Assembly: GCA_018668695.1 (NCBI GenBank)
Contig: JABJBS010000322.1
Coordinates: 5,718-69,717 of the forward strand
Direction: 5' to 3'
DNA: 64,000 bases
From: Deltaproteobacteria bacterium
GTDB taxonomy: Bacteria; Myxococcota; XYA12-FULL-58-9; JABJBS01
The notes beneath the pieces are model-generated. The model ran no database searches, was not told the DNA's origin, and saw only the letters and a program-made list of their open reading frames with translations. The position numbers were made by a program, and so were the translations under genes. Within the stretch, counting starts at the first letter, position 1, and the number at the start of each line of letters is the position of its first letter. Positions 56,701 through 64,000 of this stretch are shown here, piece by piece.

Positions 56701-59700
56701 CTATTCCAAGCTTCCTGTGAGCAAGAGATAGCCGTCACCTGGGTCACGCTCGATAGATGAATTGGTAAGTTCCCAGATCGTTCCAGGCGGTACTACGCCC
56801 TCGCCCGCTAAAGCGGCAAGGTCAAATGCTGGAATCGGGAATGCTCCCAATGTTTCACCGAGTAAGTTCGGAATCAAAAGCTCCAAGATCTTGGCGAGTA
56901 AGTCGCTCATCACACCTTGGTAGCCTACGTCATCAATTTGAACCACTTCAATGTAAGCGCTGTAATCGTCGTTAACGAGCAGCTGCAACTGATTCGTGGT
57001 TGGATCGATATCGATGGACCCGCCAACAATGGTGGAGAGATAAGCACCTATATTGAGTACGCCCACGCCATCGGTCGATGGTTCAGAGCCGAGTAGGCCC
57101 GCAATATCAATCTGAGCTTCAATCCAAACATCACCAAGACCAATATCCACTTCGTAACCAGAACGCCCTGGCATGAGCACAGGAGGCAGCTCCGCATTAA
57201 ACGATAAACTCACCACGTCACTGAAGTCATCGTCCCCGCCAGAGCCCAGTTGGCCAACCGTTTCCATCAAGTTGTCAAAGCTTAAACCGCCGCCATACCA
57301 CATAGCCCAGAGTACCTGGTTAACCATTTCATCCTTCAAACCAATCCCGAAGTTATAATCGGTTCGGCTAAAGGCAGGCATGGTGCTCTCTCGTTTAAGT
57401 GAGCCGCGTGCATCGTTGGCAATCATATCGCCTTGAGTGCTTGGATAGAGCTGAGTACCGAGACCAATTTCGCCGTAACCTGGCTGACCGTTGAATGAAC
57501 CTTGGAACTCCGCGTGGTCCAAAGCACTTGCCACGTTAAGCGTCATGTCGATCGGCTCAGGAATGTCGAAACCGTTGTCTAAGATAAAACCGCTCAGTAA
57601 ATCTTCCATCGTGTCTGAAAGCGTGTCGCGTAGGGCATCGGAAATGGCATCCACCAACTGGTCTTCAACGAGTGGAACTACAATGTCGGTAACAATATCG
57701 CAGAGGAAATCTAAGATGCCGCAATCAAGGTTTACGTAAAGACCAGAGGTTTGAACGTTAAGAGAGCTCAGCTCAACTTGAGGCTGCCCATTAACAACAT
57801 CAATATTTAGCGTGGCGTCCACATCGGCGTTGCTTAGGCCAACCCAGCCGTTCACACCGATTTCTGCAGGTCCAACGCCGCTGATTCCAGCACACACAAT
57901 AAGTGCGCCATAGGCATAAATTGGAAAGTCAAAATCGGAAACCGTCATACTCAATTCCATGCCGCCATCGATGGCCTTCATGTAATTGATCCAAGGACCC
58001 GCCACATTGATCTGGCGATTCGCGTTGGGGTCGCGCCCAACCCAATAGCCTGTATCACTCGTAAACTCGAACCAGCTGCATGAAGATGGGCTTAAGGAGT
58101 CTTGCGCGAAGGCTGTTCCCGGAGGCGCAATCTCGTTGAAGTCGATGTACTGAAGAACCACTTCACCCAAGGTCGCCAAATCGTCGACATCGCTTCGGTC
58201 GTAGTCATCAATGATTGGCTGGTTCATGTGGGCGATGATGCCTTGGTCAGCCACCGAACTGTTACTCGTAGAGGTCAACGCCGGGTAATACTCTGGGCTT
58301 CGCAAATACGACTGAGCAATCACACGCCTGTTGCCACATTCATCTACCGCTTCACCATTAACAATCGTAAGACCCCAGCGGCTGTCTTGTGGCTGCGAAA
58401 AGTTTTCCGACGTACTCGCACCGCTGACGCTCAAATCAGTATTGTTGATGGAAAGTGCGGTCACGAAACTTAGAGAGTCATTGACGCTACCGTTAACCCA
58501 AATTTGTTGATCGCCATTTCCACCAGACTGCAGCATTTCTGCGCGGTTCGGTGAGTCCACCACAATCCTCGGAGGGGTTGAATCAACCCGCACGTTCAGG
58601 GCGAAGGGTTCAATGGTACTTTCTGGATGCTGCTCGCTTAGGACCTCAACCGTTAAGTCGTAATCCGCTTCTGCCTGAAGCCGGTAGGTACCGTCTCCCA
58701 TGGCTACAAAGCCATCTTCGGGAACCGATGTGACTTGCACCGAAACGTTGGGAACAACGTTGCCCCAGTAATCGTACACAACCCAATCAATTGGGATATT
58801 GCGGTCTTGCCAAAAACAGTCTTGGTCTAGAGCATCCACGCCCCACGAGAAAGGAAGGCCGGGAACGACCGTCACAATCGCCGGAGACTCATCCCCGCCC
58901 GTATAACCAGGTGTTGTACAGTGAACCCAGTACTGTCCGGTAACCGTCGCGCTGAAATCCATGTCACCCATCACGAGGCCGTCATACGAAGCACCCATCG
59001 CAGCCGAAGGCACCACGGTCACGCTCGTTGTAACACCCTCAAGCGGGTTGCCGTATGAGTCGGTATAGGTACAGCTCACGCCCACGACCTCAGTGGGAGA
59101 AACAACATCTGCGGTAATCGTCGTCTGACTTTGCGCCGGGAATCCTGGCAAAACAGTAAGCTGCTCTGGCGTAACATCAACCACACCATTGGCAAGCTCA
59201 CACGCCACCGGATAAGTCCCCACGAGGGTTCCGCGCAAAACATACTGGCTGGCGATTCCAAGATGGCGTTCAACAATTGGGTCCGTCGCAATTTCAATAT
59301 CGCGTACGTTCAGAGAGGTTTCGTTGCCATAAGCATCAAACATCTGGCAATCCACACCGACGGCTACGCCCGCAACTGCACTCGTCGCATCTAGCCGAGT
59401 TTCCACCGCCACAGGCTCGCCCGGCTCAACGGTGAATTTATCACCCGAGATATCGGTCACTGCACCATCGCTTGTTCCGCAAAAAACGATGTATTCGCCC
59501 ACCGCGGTTGGCGTGATCGTAAAGCGGTCACTCGATTCACTCAGGACTTCAATCACTGGTGCCACACGAGCGGTTAGCTCCAGCGCAGCCGCGGCCACTC
59601 CATCCTGCACACCCAGCAGCTCACATTGCACCTGCACAACGTCGCCAGCCTGGACGTAAGGGTTCAGGACCGTTGTTGTCACGCTCCAGCTGCTGCGGTC

Positions 59701-59802
59701 CAACGGCACGGTGTAACCATCAGGAATATCCATCCCGGGCGAACGTATGCCGCACCCGGCCAAAACTAAAATCGATACTATGGGGAGGTATTTATTCAAC
59801 AT
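56701..59802 (-). CDS. Large (1033 aa) secreted lipoprotein, probably Ig-like/beta-rich repeats, co-transcribed with the S1 protease
   Basis: Lipobox ILVLAGCG. Long ORF rich in T/V/G beta-strand-like sequence. 3-nt gap to the protease gene. Confidence 0.6.
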   Translation of the reverse strand: MLNKYLPIVSILVLAGCGIRSPGMDIPDGYTVPLDRSSWSVTTTVLNPYVQAGDVVQVQCELLGVQDGVAAAALELTARVAPVIEVLSESSDRFTITPTAVGEYIVFCGTSDGAVTDISGDKFTVEPGEPVAVETRLDATSAVAGVAVGVDCQMFDAYGNETSLNVRDIEIATDPIVERHLGIASQYVLRGTLVGTYPVACELANGVVDVTPEQLTVLPGFPAQSQTTITADVVSPTEVVGVSCTYTDSYGNPLEGVTTSVTVVPSAAMGASYDGLVMGDMDFSATVTGQYWVHCTTPGYTGGDESPAIVTVVPGLPFSWGVDALDQDCFWQDRNIPIDWVVYDYWGNVVPNVSVQVTSVPEDGFVAMGDGTYRLQAEADYDLTVEVLSEQHPESTIEPFALNVRVDSTPPRIVVDSPNRAEMLQSGGNGDQQIWVNGSVNDSLSFVTALSINNTDLSVSGASTSENFSQPQDSRWGLTIVNGEAVDECGNRRVIAQSYLRSPEYYPALTSTSNSSVADQGIIAHMNQPIIDDYDRSDVDDLATLGEVVLQYIDFNEIAPPGTAFAQDSLSPSSCSWFEFTSDTGYWVGRDPNANRQINVAGPWINYMKAIDGGMELSMTVSDFDFPIYAYGALIVCAGISGVGPAEIGVNGWVGLSNADVDATLNIDVVNGQPQVELSSLNVQTSGLYVNLDCGILDFLCDIVTDIVVPLVEDQLVDAISDALRDTLSDTMEDLLSGFILDNGFDIPEPIDMTLNVASALDHAEFQGSFNGQPGYGEIGLGTQLYPSTQGDMIANDARGSLKRESTMPAFSRTDYNFGIGLKDEMVNQVLWAMWYGGGLSFDNLMETVGQLGSGGDDDFSDVVSLSFNAELPPVLMPGRSGYEVDIGLGDVWIEAQIDIAGLLGSEPSTDGVGVLNIGAYLSTIVGGSIDIDPTTNQLQLLVNDDYSAYIEVVQIDDVGYQGVMSDLLAKILELLIPNLLGETLGAFPIPAFDLAALAGEGVVPPGTIWELTNSSIERDPGDGYLLLTGSLE

Positions 59803-59917
59803 GATAAGACCATAACGAACAGAATCTAATTGGGCATGCCGCGCCGCGTCAAAAACAGGTTCATCTTGACCCCGGCGGGCGTGTTTGCTTTTCTGCCCAT
59901 GAAGGAGAGCTAAGTTA

Positions 59918-61117
59918 GTGCCATTGAACGAAAATTTCGGTGATTACATGCTTTTGGAGCAGGTCGGCATCGGCGGCATGGCTGAGGTCTACTTGGCGCG
60001 CCGTACGGGTATGGCGGGCTTTGAAAAAGACATCGTCATCAAGCGCATTCGACCTCACCTCACCGAGCAAAGAGCCTTCGTCAATATGTTCCTTGGCGAG
60101 GCAAAACTTGCCGCTCAGCTCATCCACCCCAACATTGTGCACATCTATGATCTCGGCCGGATCGAGGACAGTTACTTCATCGCCATGGAGTATGTAGCCG
60201 GGCAAGATATGAGCGCCATCATCCCCAAAATCAAAGAGCGGGGCATTCATCTACCTGTAGAATATGCATTAAAAATAGGTAGTTCCGTGTGCGAGGCCCT
60301 TAATTACGCGCACAACCAAAACGATACCCAAGGCAAGCCGCTGCAAATTGTTCACCGCGATGTTTCACCGGAAAATATCCGAATCGCCTGGACTGGAACC
60401 GTCAAAATTCTCGATTTCGGCATCGCCAAAGCGGCCACTCAAATGCACGAAACCAAGGCCGGGGAAATCAAAGGCAAGCTCTGTTACATGTCGCCCGAAC
60501 AGGTGCTGGGAAAAGAAGTCGACAAGCGCTCGGACATCTTTGCATTGGGCTGCGTTCTTTACGAAGCGCTTACAAGTTTTAAACTTTATTCTGGCAGTAA
60601 CGATCTCGATATTATGAATCAGATCATCGATGGCCGAATCTACCCGCCGAGCTACTTCCGAGATGAAATCCCGGCCCGAGCCGAAGAAATTATCATGAAA
60701 GCGCTTCAGAAGGATCGCAAGAAGCGTTACCAAACTGCACAAGAAATGCAGATGGATATCGATGACTTTCTAGCCCAAAACGAGTTCACCCCGTCGAATA
60801 TGCACTTGGCCAACTTTCTCAAGCAGCAATTCAAGGAGGAACTGGCCGACGAGCAACAACGTAGGCGGATGGACACTCCAACATCGTCCAAGCAGCCAAA
60901 CAGTCCCCCACCGCCGCCCAGTATTTCCGCGGTCACATCCCACTCAACACCCTCGAGCCAGCGCCTGGCCCGTCAGCTCACACCCGGAACAGCCGAACTT
61001 CAGCTTACGGTCCCCAACGATACCCTTGAGCGCCTAGAGCGCCTGGCTGGCAAGAGAAAACTTAGCCGTGAAGAAGTACTTCGCGACATCATTGAGCACT
61101 ATCTAAAGTACCACTGA
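59918..61117 (+). CDS. Ser/Thr protein kinase with C-terminal ribbon-helix-helix-like tail
   Basis: GTG start with SD GAAGGAGAG. Kinase subdomains GIGGMAEVYLA, VIKRI, HRDVSPENI, DFGIAK, SPEQ. Pro-rich linker, then LQLTVPNDTLERLERLAGKRKLSREEVLRDIIEHYLKY (RHH/CopG-like). Confidence 0.85.
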   Translation: MPLNENFGDYMLLEQVGIGGMAEVYLARRTGMAGFEKDIVIKRIRPHLTEQRAFVNMFLGEAKLAAQLIHPNIVHIYDLGRIEDSYFIAMEYVAGQDMSAIIPKIKERGIHLPVEYALKIGSSVCEALNYAHNQNDTQGKPLQIVHRDVSPENIRIAWTGTVKILDFGIAKAATQMHETKAGEIKGKLCYMSPEQVLGKEVDKRSDIFALGCVLYEALTSFKLYSGSNDLDIMNQIIDGRIYPPSYFRDEIPARAEEIIMKALQKDRKKRYQTAQEMQMDIDDFLAQNEFTPSNMHLANFLKQQFKEELADEQQRRRMDTPTSSKQPNSPPPPPSISAVTSHSTPSSQRLARQLTPGTAELQLTVPNDTLERLERLAGKRKLSREEVLRDIIEHYLKYH

Positions 61118-61225
61118 GTCAAGACAGCTCCGCCCCACAGATGCCTATTGTGTCACTTAGGCAAACCAGTCATCATTTGAAGTAAGAGACGTCAAAGTGT
61201 GGCGGCACGTGCCAATGGATTGTTT

Positions 61226-62107
61226 ATGAACAAGAAAATCCTAGTGATTGATGACGATGAAAACATTCAAACGCTGCTGCGACAGCTTCTGAAGTCCCTC
61301 CAATATGAGGATATCCACTGCGTTGGCACCGGGCTCGAAGCGCTCGATTACCTCACAGACCACACGCCAGACCTTATCTTTTTAGATGTAGATATGCCCC
61401 GAATGGACGGCTGGTTGATGTGCGAAATCATCAACAACGTCAAACGTTGGAAAAAAATCCCAGTGGTATTTCAAAGCGCGCTGGTCGGCAGTGAAAATAT
61501 CAAACGCGGTATTTCACTGGGTGCTCACTCTTATCTCGAAAAGCCCTATACACGTGAAGGTGTAAGCGAAGTACTCGATGCCGTTTTCAATGCCCAGGAG
61601 CATGAAGCGCCGACCACCCCTGAAATCAACATGGTCGTAAAACAAGTTGCTGAGGCAACCAAGCAAACCTTCAACCTGATGCTTGGAGCTCAAACCCATA
61701 TCTTGAAGGTGAACAATCTCGACGCAAAAATCCAGGACCGAAATTGGGACTTCGCCGGCATGATACCCGCAGAAGGCGTGGCCGATATTGAGATCAGCAT
61801 GGGTTGGTCACGTGACCTCGCGGCGTCCGCAGCCTGCGCCCTCATGCAAATGGACCCAAGCGAGCTGGACGACGATTTAATTCTCGACAGCATGCAAGAA
61901 ATTCTCAATATGGTTCTTGGGTCAGCAGTTCGAATCATCGGGAAAACATTCCCCGTCAAACTCTCACTGCCTTCGGGCGGACAAGACTGCGGAATTCCTT
62001 ACAAACAAACCGCTCGGCATAAATTCAAGGTTGACGTAAAAACTCGAAACTGGATCTTCCCAATCGTTGTGACGGTGGTACCACCCGATCAGATGCAGGC
62101 GGCTTAA
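61226..62107 (+). CDS. Response regulator receiver fused to a CheX/CheC-like domain
   Basis: ILVIDDDEN, DLIFLDVDMPRMDG receiver motifs. C-terminal half has CheX-like blocks (EINMVVKQV...FNLMLG, ILNMVLG). Confidence 0.6.
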   Translation: MNKKILVIDDDENIQTLLRQLLKSLQYEDIHCVGTGLEALDYLTDHTPDLIFLDVDMPRMDGWLMCEIINNVKRWKKIPVVFQSALVGSENIKRGISLGAHSYLEKPYTREGVSEVLDAVFNAQEHEAPTTPEINMVVKQVAEATKQTFNLMLGAQTHILKVNNLDAKIQDRNWDFAGMIPAEGVADIEISMGWSRDLAASAACALMQMDPSELDDDLILDSMQEILNMVLGSAVRIIGKTFPVKLSLPSGGQDCGIPYKQTARHKFKVDVKTRNWIFPIVVTVVPPDQMQAA

Positions 62108-62838
62108 AGGCCGTGCAATGACTCTCCTTCAACAATACGTGGAGAGTCTTTCCCTAATAGCCCATGGTGGATAACAGCTCGTGCCAACTCCGTGTTGGTG
62201 ATGGAACGGTATCGGTCTCTTAAACGCCCTGCCCCGATCAAACCCATGGTGCCCAGCAAAACGTCACTTAGACCTGCTCCTATGCGCTCCATTGGCCTCG
62301 CATCATCTCTACCTTCTCCCGTAATGAACGAGGGGCGAATTGAAACGAAATTATCATAAGACTCTCGCAGAGCCTCTTCAATGCGGTGTCTCACTTTGAG
62401 ATAGTCACCTTTGGCCTTCGGCCCAGAACCCGCCGAAGAGAGGTAGACAAAACGAGGTTGCGAAGTCATTTTCTGCCCAGCAACCAGGAGCTCCATCGTT
62501 AAACCGTAATCGACTGTTTCGTAAGTGTTCAGTGAAGCATCGCCACCCGATCGCCCCACTCTCTTTGCCCGTGCCTTGGTTGTTCCCAGTAAGCCAAACA
62601 CATGCGTGGGCTCTAATTCCTTCAATCGTTCTTCAAAAGCCTGGGCTCGCCAAGAGGTCGTATCGAGATAAACGCCAGCGTCTTCTGCATAACTTTTCCA
62701 GCGCTCGAGCTGCCGCGAGTCTGGCCTAACATGCATGTAAGTTTCGATGTTTTGCTCGCCAAGCAAACGAGCCACTTCACGGCCCGTGTAACCTGTGGCC
62801 CCAGCAACAAAAGCACGTATCGGAGAATCGTTTCCCAT
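62104..62838 (-). CDS. NAD(P)-binding Rossmann-fold protein (NmrA/atypical SDR-like)
   Basis: N-terminal AFVAGATGYTGREVARLL dinucleotide-binding motif. Confidence 0.65.
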   Translation of the reverse strand: MGNDSPIRAFVAGATGYTGREVARLLGEQNIETYMHVRPDSRQLERWKSYAEDAGVYLDTTSWRAQAFEERLKELEPTHVFGLLGTTKARAKRVGRSGGDASLNTYETVDYGLTMELLVAGQKMTSQPRFVYLSSAGSGPKAKGDYLKVRHRIEEALRESYDNFVSIRPSFITGEGRDDARPMERIGAGLSDVLLGTMGLIGAGRLRDRYRSITNTELARAVIHHGLLGKDSPRIVEGESLHGL

Positions 62839-62849
62839 CTAGATAACTT

Positions 62850-63830
62850 CTAGCGCATACCGCGGCGGCGGTCGTTTTGATTACGTCGTCGATAAAGCTC
62901 GTTGAGCCGCTCAACCGGGTCGTAAGCCTCTAAACCGTCAGCACCTGACTGGGGGTGATGGGCAAGCCAAATTGTATAATCGGCAATAAGTTCCATCATT
63001 TTTTCCCAAGCGCTCATCTCGCTGTAGGCCGTGGTGAACATTTCCGCCACTTCCCAAATACCTGGAGCCAACCGCCCGAATTCCTTCAAACCTTCACGTA
63101 AAATCTGTTGTTTCCGGGTGTTGATGAGCCCAAAAAGTCCTCTCGAGCGCATGTGGGTACCGTAAAAAATCAAAGCCCAGGCCCGGTAAATACGGGCACC
63201 TGGCACAGCTCCAACCAGCGCAGTCATTTCAGAGATAAAAGTCTCCACCCGCTGTACATCGCGCCGGGTATCGAGCCTGAAACCACCGGATGGGCTCGGT
63301 AGGGGGTACATAAAATTATCCCCAAAGAAATCTTGAAGAGCTAAACCGTAGCGCCGAAAATCAATTTCAGAAGGCGGTTCTACTTCCAGCTGCGGTTCAC
63401 CCTGCAGCTCTGGCTCTTCCTCGACAATTTCTACGTCAGAAAGATCGTCGATCGATACTTCGTCTCGTCCCGGCTCAAATCGTGGATCGGCCTGAAGAAT
63501 CGACATTTCGAAAATTTTCCACAAAGCCACCAACGCTGGCTCCGTGCCGACCAATTGCTCTCGAAAGGCTGTGAAACGCCCCGCTGCCCGGAGCTCTTCC
63601 AAAATATAGGGATACTGGGATTTTGCCTGGGCCTCGTCGTGATTCGCGGCTAAATCAAAACATATCAATGCAGAGGCCACCACGGATGCCTCATCCGCGC
63701 GGCGGCTCAGGTTTTCGTAGTAGCGTTGAAGAGTCTCGCAGTCTAACTCGCCTTGGCTATAACACTGTCCAAGCGCCGCACCGGGTTCTAATCGCGAGGT
63801 TTCCTGGTGAAATCGAGCTAAATCCATCAA
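62850..63830 (-). CDS. Hypothetical protein
   Basis: 326-aa ORF with acidic central linker. No recognised domain. Confidence 0.5.
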   Translation of the reverse strand: MMDLARFHQETSRLEPGAALGQCYSQGELDCETLQRYYENLSRRADEASVVASALICFDLAANHDEAQAKSQYPYILEELRAAGRFTAFREQLVGTEPALVALWKIFEMSILQADPRFEPGRDEVSIDDLSDVEIVEEEPELQGEPQLEVEPPSEIDFRRYGLALQDFFGDNFMYPLPSPSGGFRLDTRRDVQRVETFISEMTALVGAVPGARIYRAWALIFYGTHMRSRGLFGLINTRKQQILREGLKEFGRLAPGIWEVAEMFTTAYSEMSAWEKMMELIADYTIWLAHHPQSGADGLEAYDPVERLNELYRRRNQNDRRRGMR

Positions 63831-63833
63831 TCA

Positions 63834-64000
63834 CTGGACTCAGCGACCAGATCGGCGAGGGTTGTCTGGTGTAGAATGGCCTGCATTTGACTCAGCGCAT
63901 GATTGAATCGGGTGCGGATATGATCGGCTCCCACGATATCAAGTCGGTCGGCCTCCCCTAAGCGCTCGTTTTGGTAATGAATCTGTTCCGGCGCGCCTTC
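63834..64000 (-). CDS. 3' end of a CDS running in from downstream; hypothetical
   Basis: Open frame ending TGA at 63834-63836 (...GADHIRTRFNHALSQMQAILHQTTLADLVAESSD*). Continues beyond the window. Confidence 0.35.

Overview
This 64-kb window is chromosomal DNA, apparently from a Myxococcota-type bacterium, with a PYP-based candidate photoreceptor operon as the most notable feature. Two proteins carry MYXO-CTERM sorting tails, and secreted lipoproteins with acidic low-complexity linkers are common. Moderate GC produces many shadow ORFs. Housekeeping genes include serS, rlmN, murJ, rbgA, ybaK, hemJ, a YdeP-type molybdoenzyme and a divergent pair of tRNA-Ser genes. An accessory region has many lipid-scavenging and signalling genes. 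The standout is a two-gene operon at 47149..47909. It encodes a small coiled-coil protein translationally coupled to an excisionase/MerR-type HTH fused to a complete photoactive yellow protein (PYP) domain. The chromophore-binding Cys and the Tyr42/Glu46 equivalents are conserved, making this a candidate one-component blue-light-responsive DNA-binding photoreceptor. Other notable items follow. There is a cluster of three class III nucleotidyl cyclases, one fused to a STAND NTPase-TPR module. These flank a BASS transporter and a receiver protein, and two CRP-consensus TGTGA-N6-TCACA sites lie in nearby intergenic DNA. A Planctomycete-type PSCyt1/DUF1549/DUF1501 system appears split into four adjacent genes. 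A bacterial caleosin (peroxygenase-like EF-hand protein) is present. An HExxH zincin effector-like protein lacks a signal peptide. A truncated FGE-sulfatase gene remnant sits beside an alkaline-phosphatase-superfamily gene. A Ser/Thr kinase carries a ribbon-helix-helix-like C-terminus and is followed by a REC-CheX protein. Two paralogous lipase-like lipoproteins, a FadL transporter and a PAF-acetylhydrolase-like esterase are present. Several repeated promoter motifs and palindromes were also seen.
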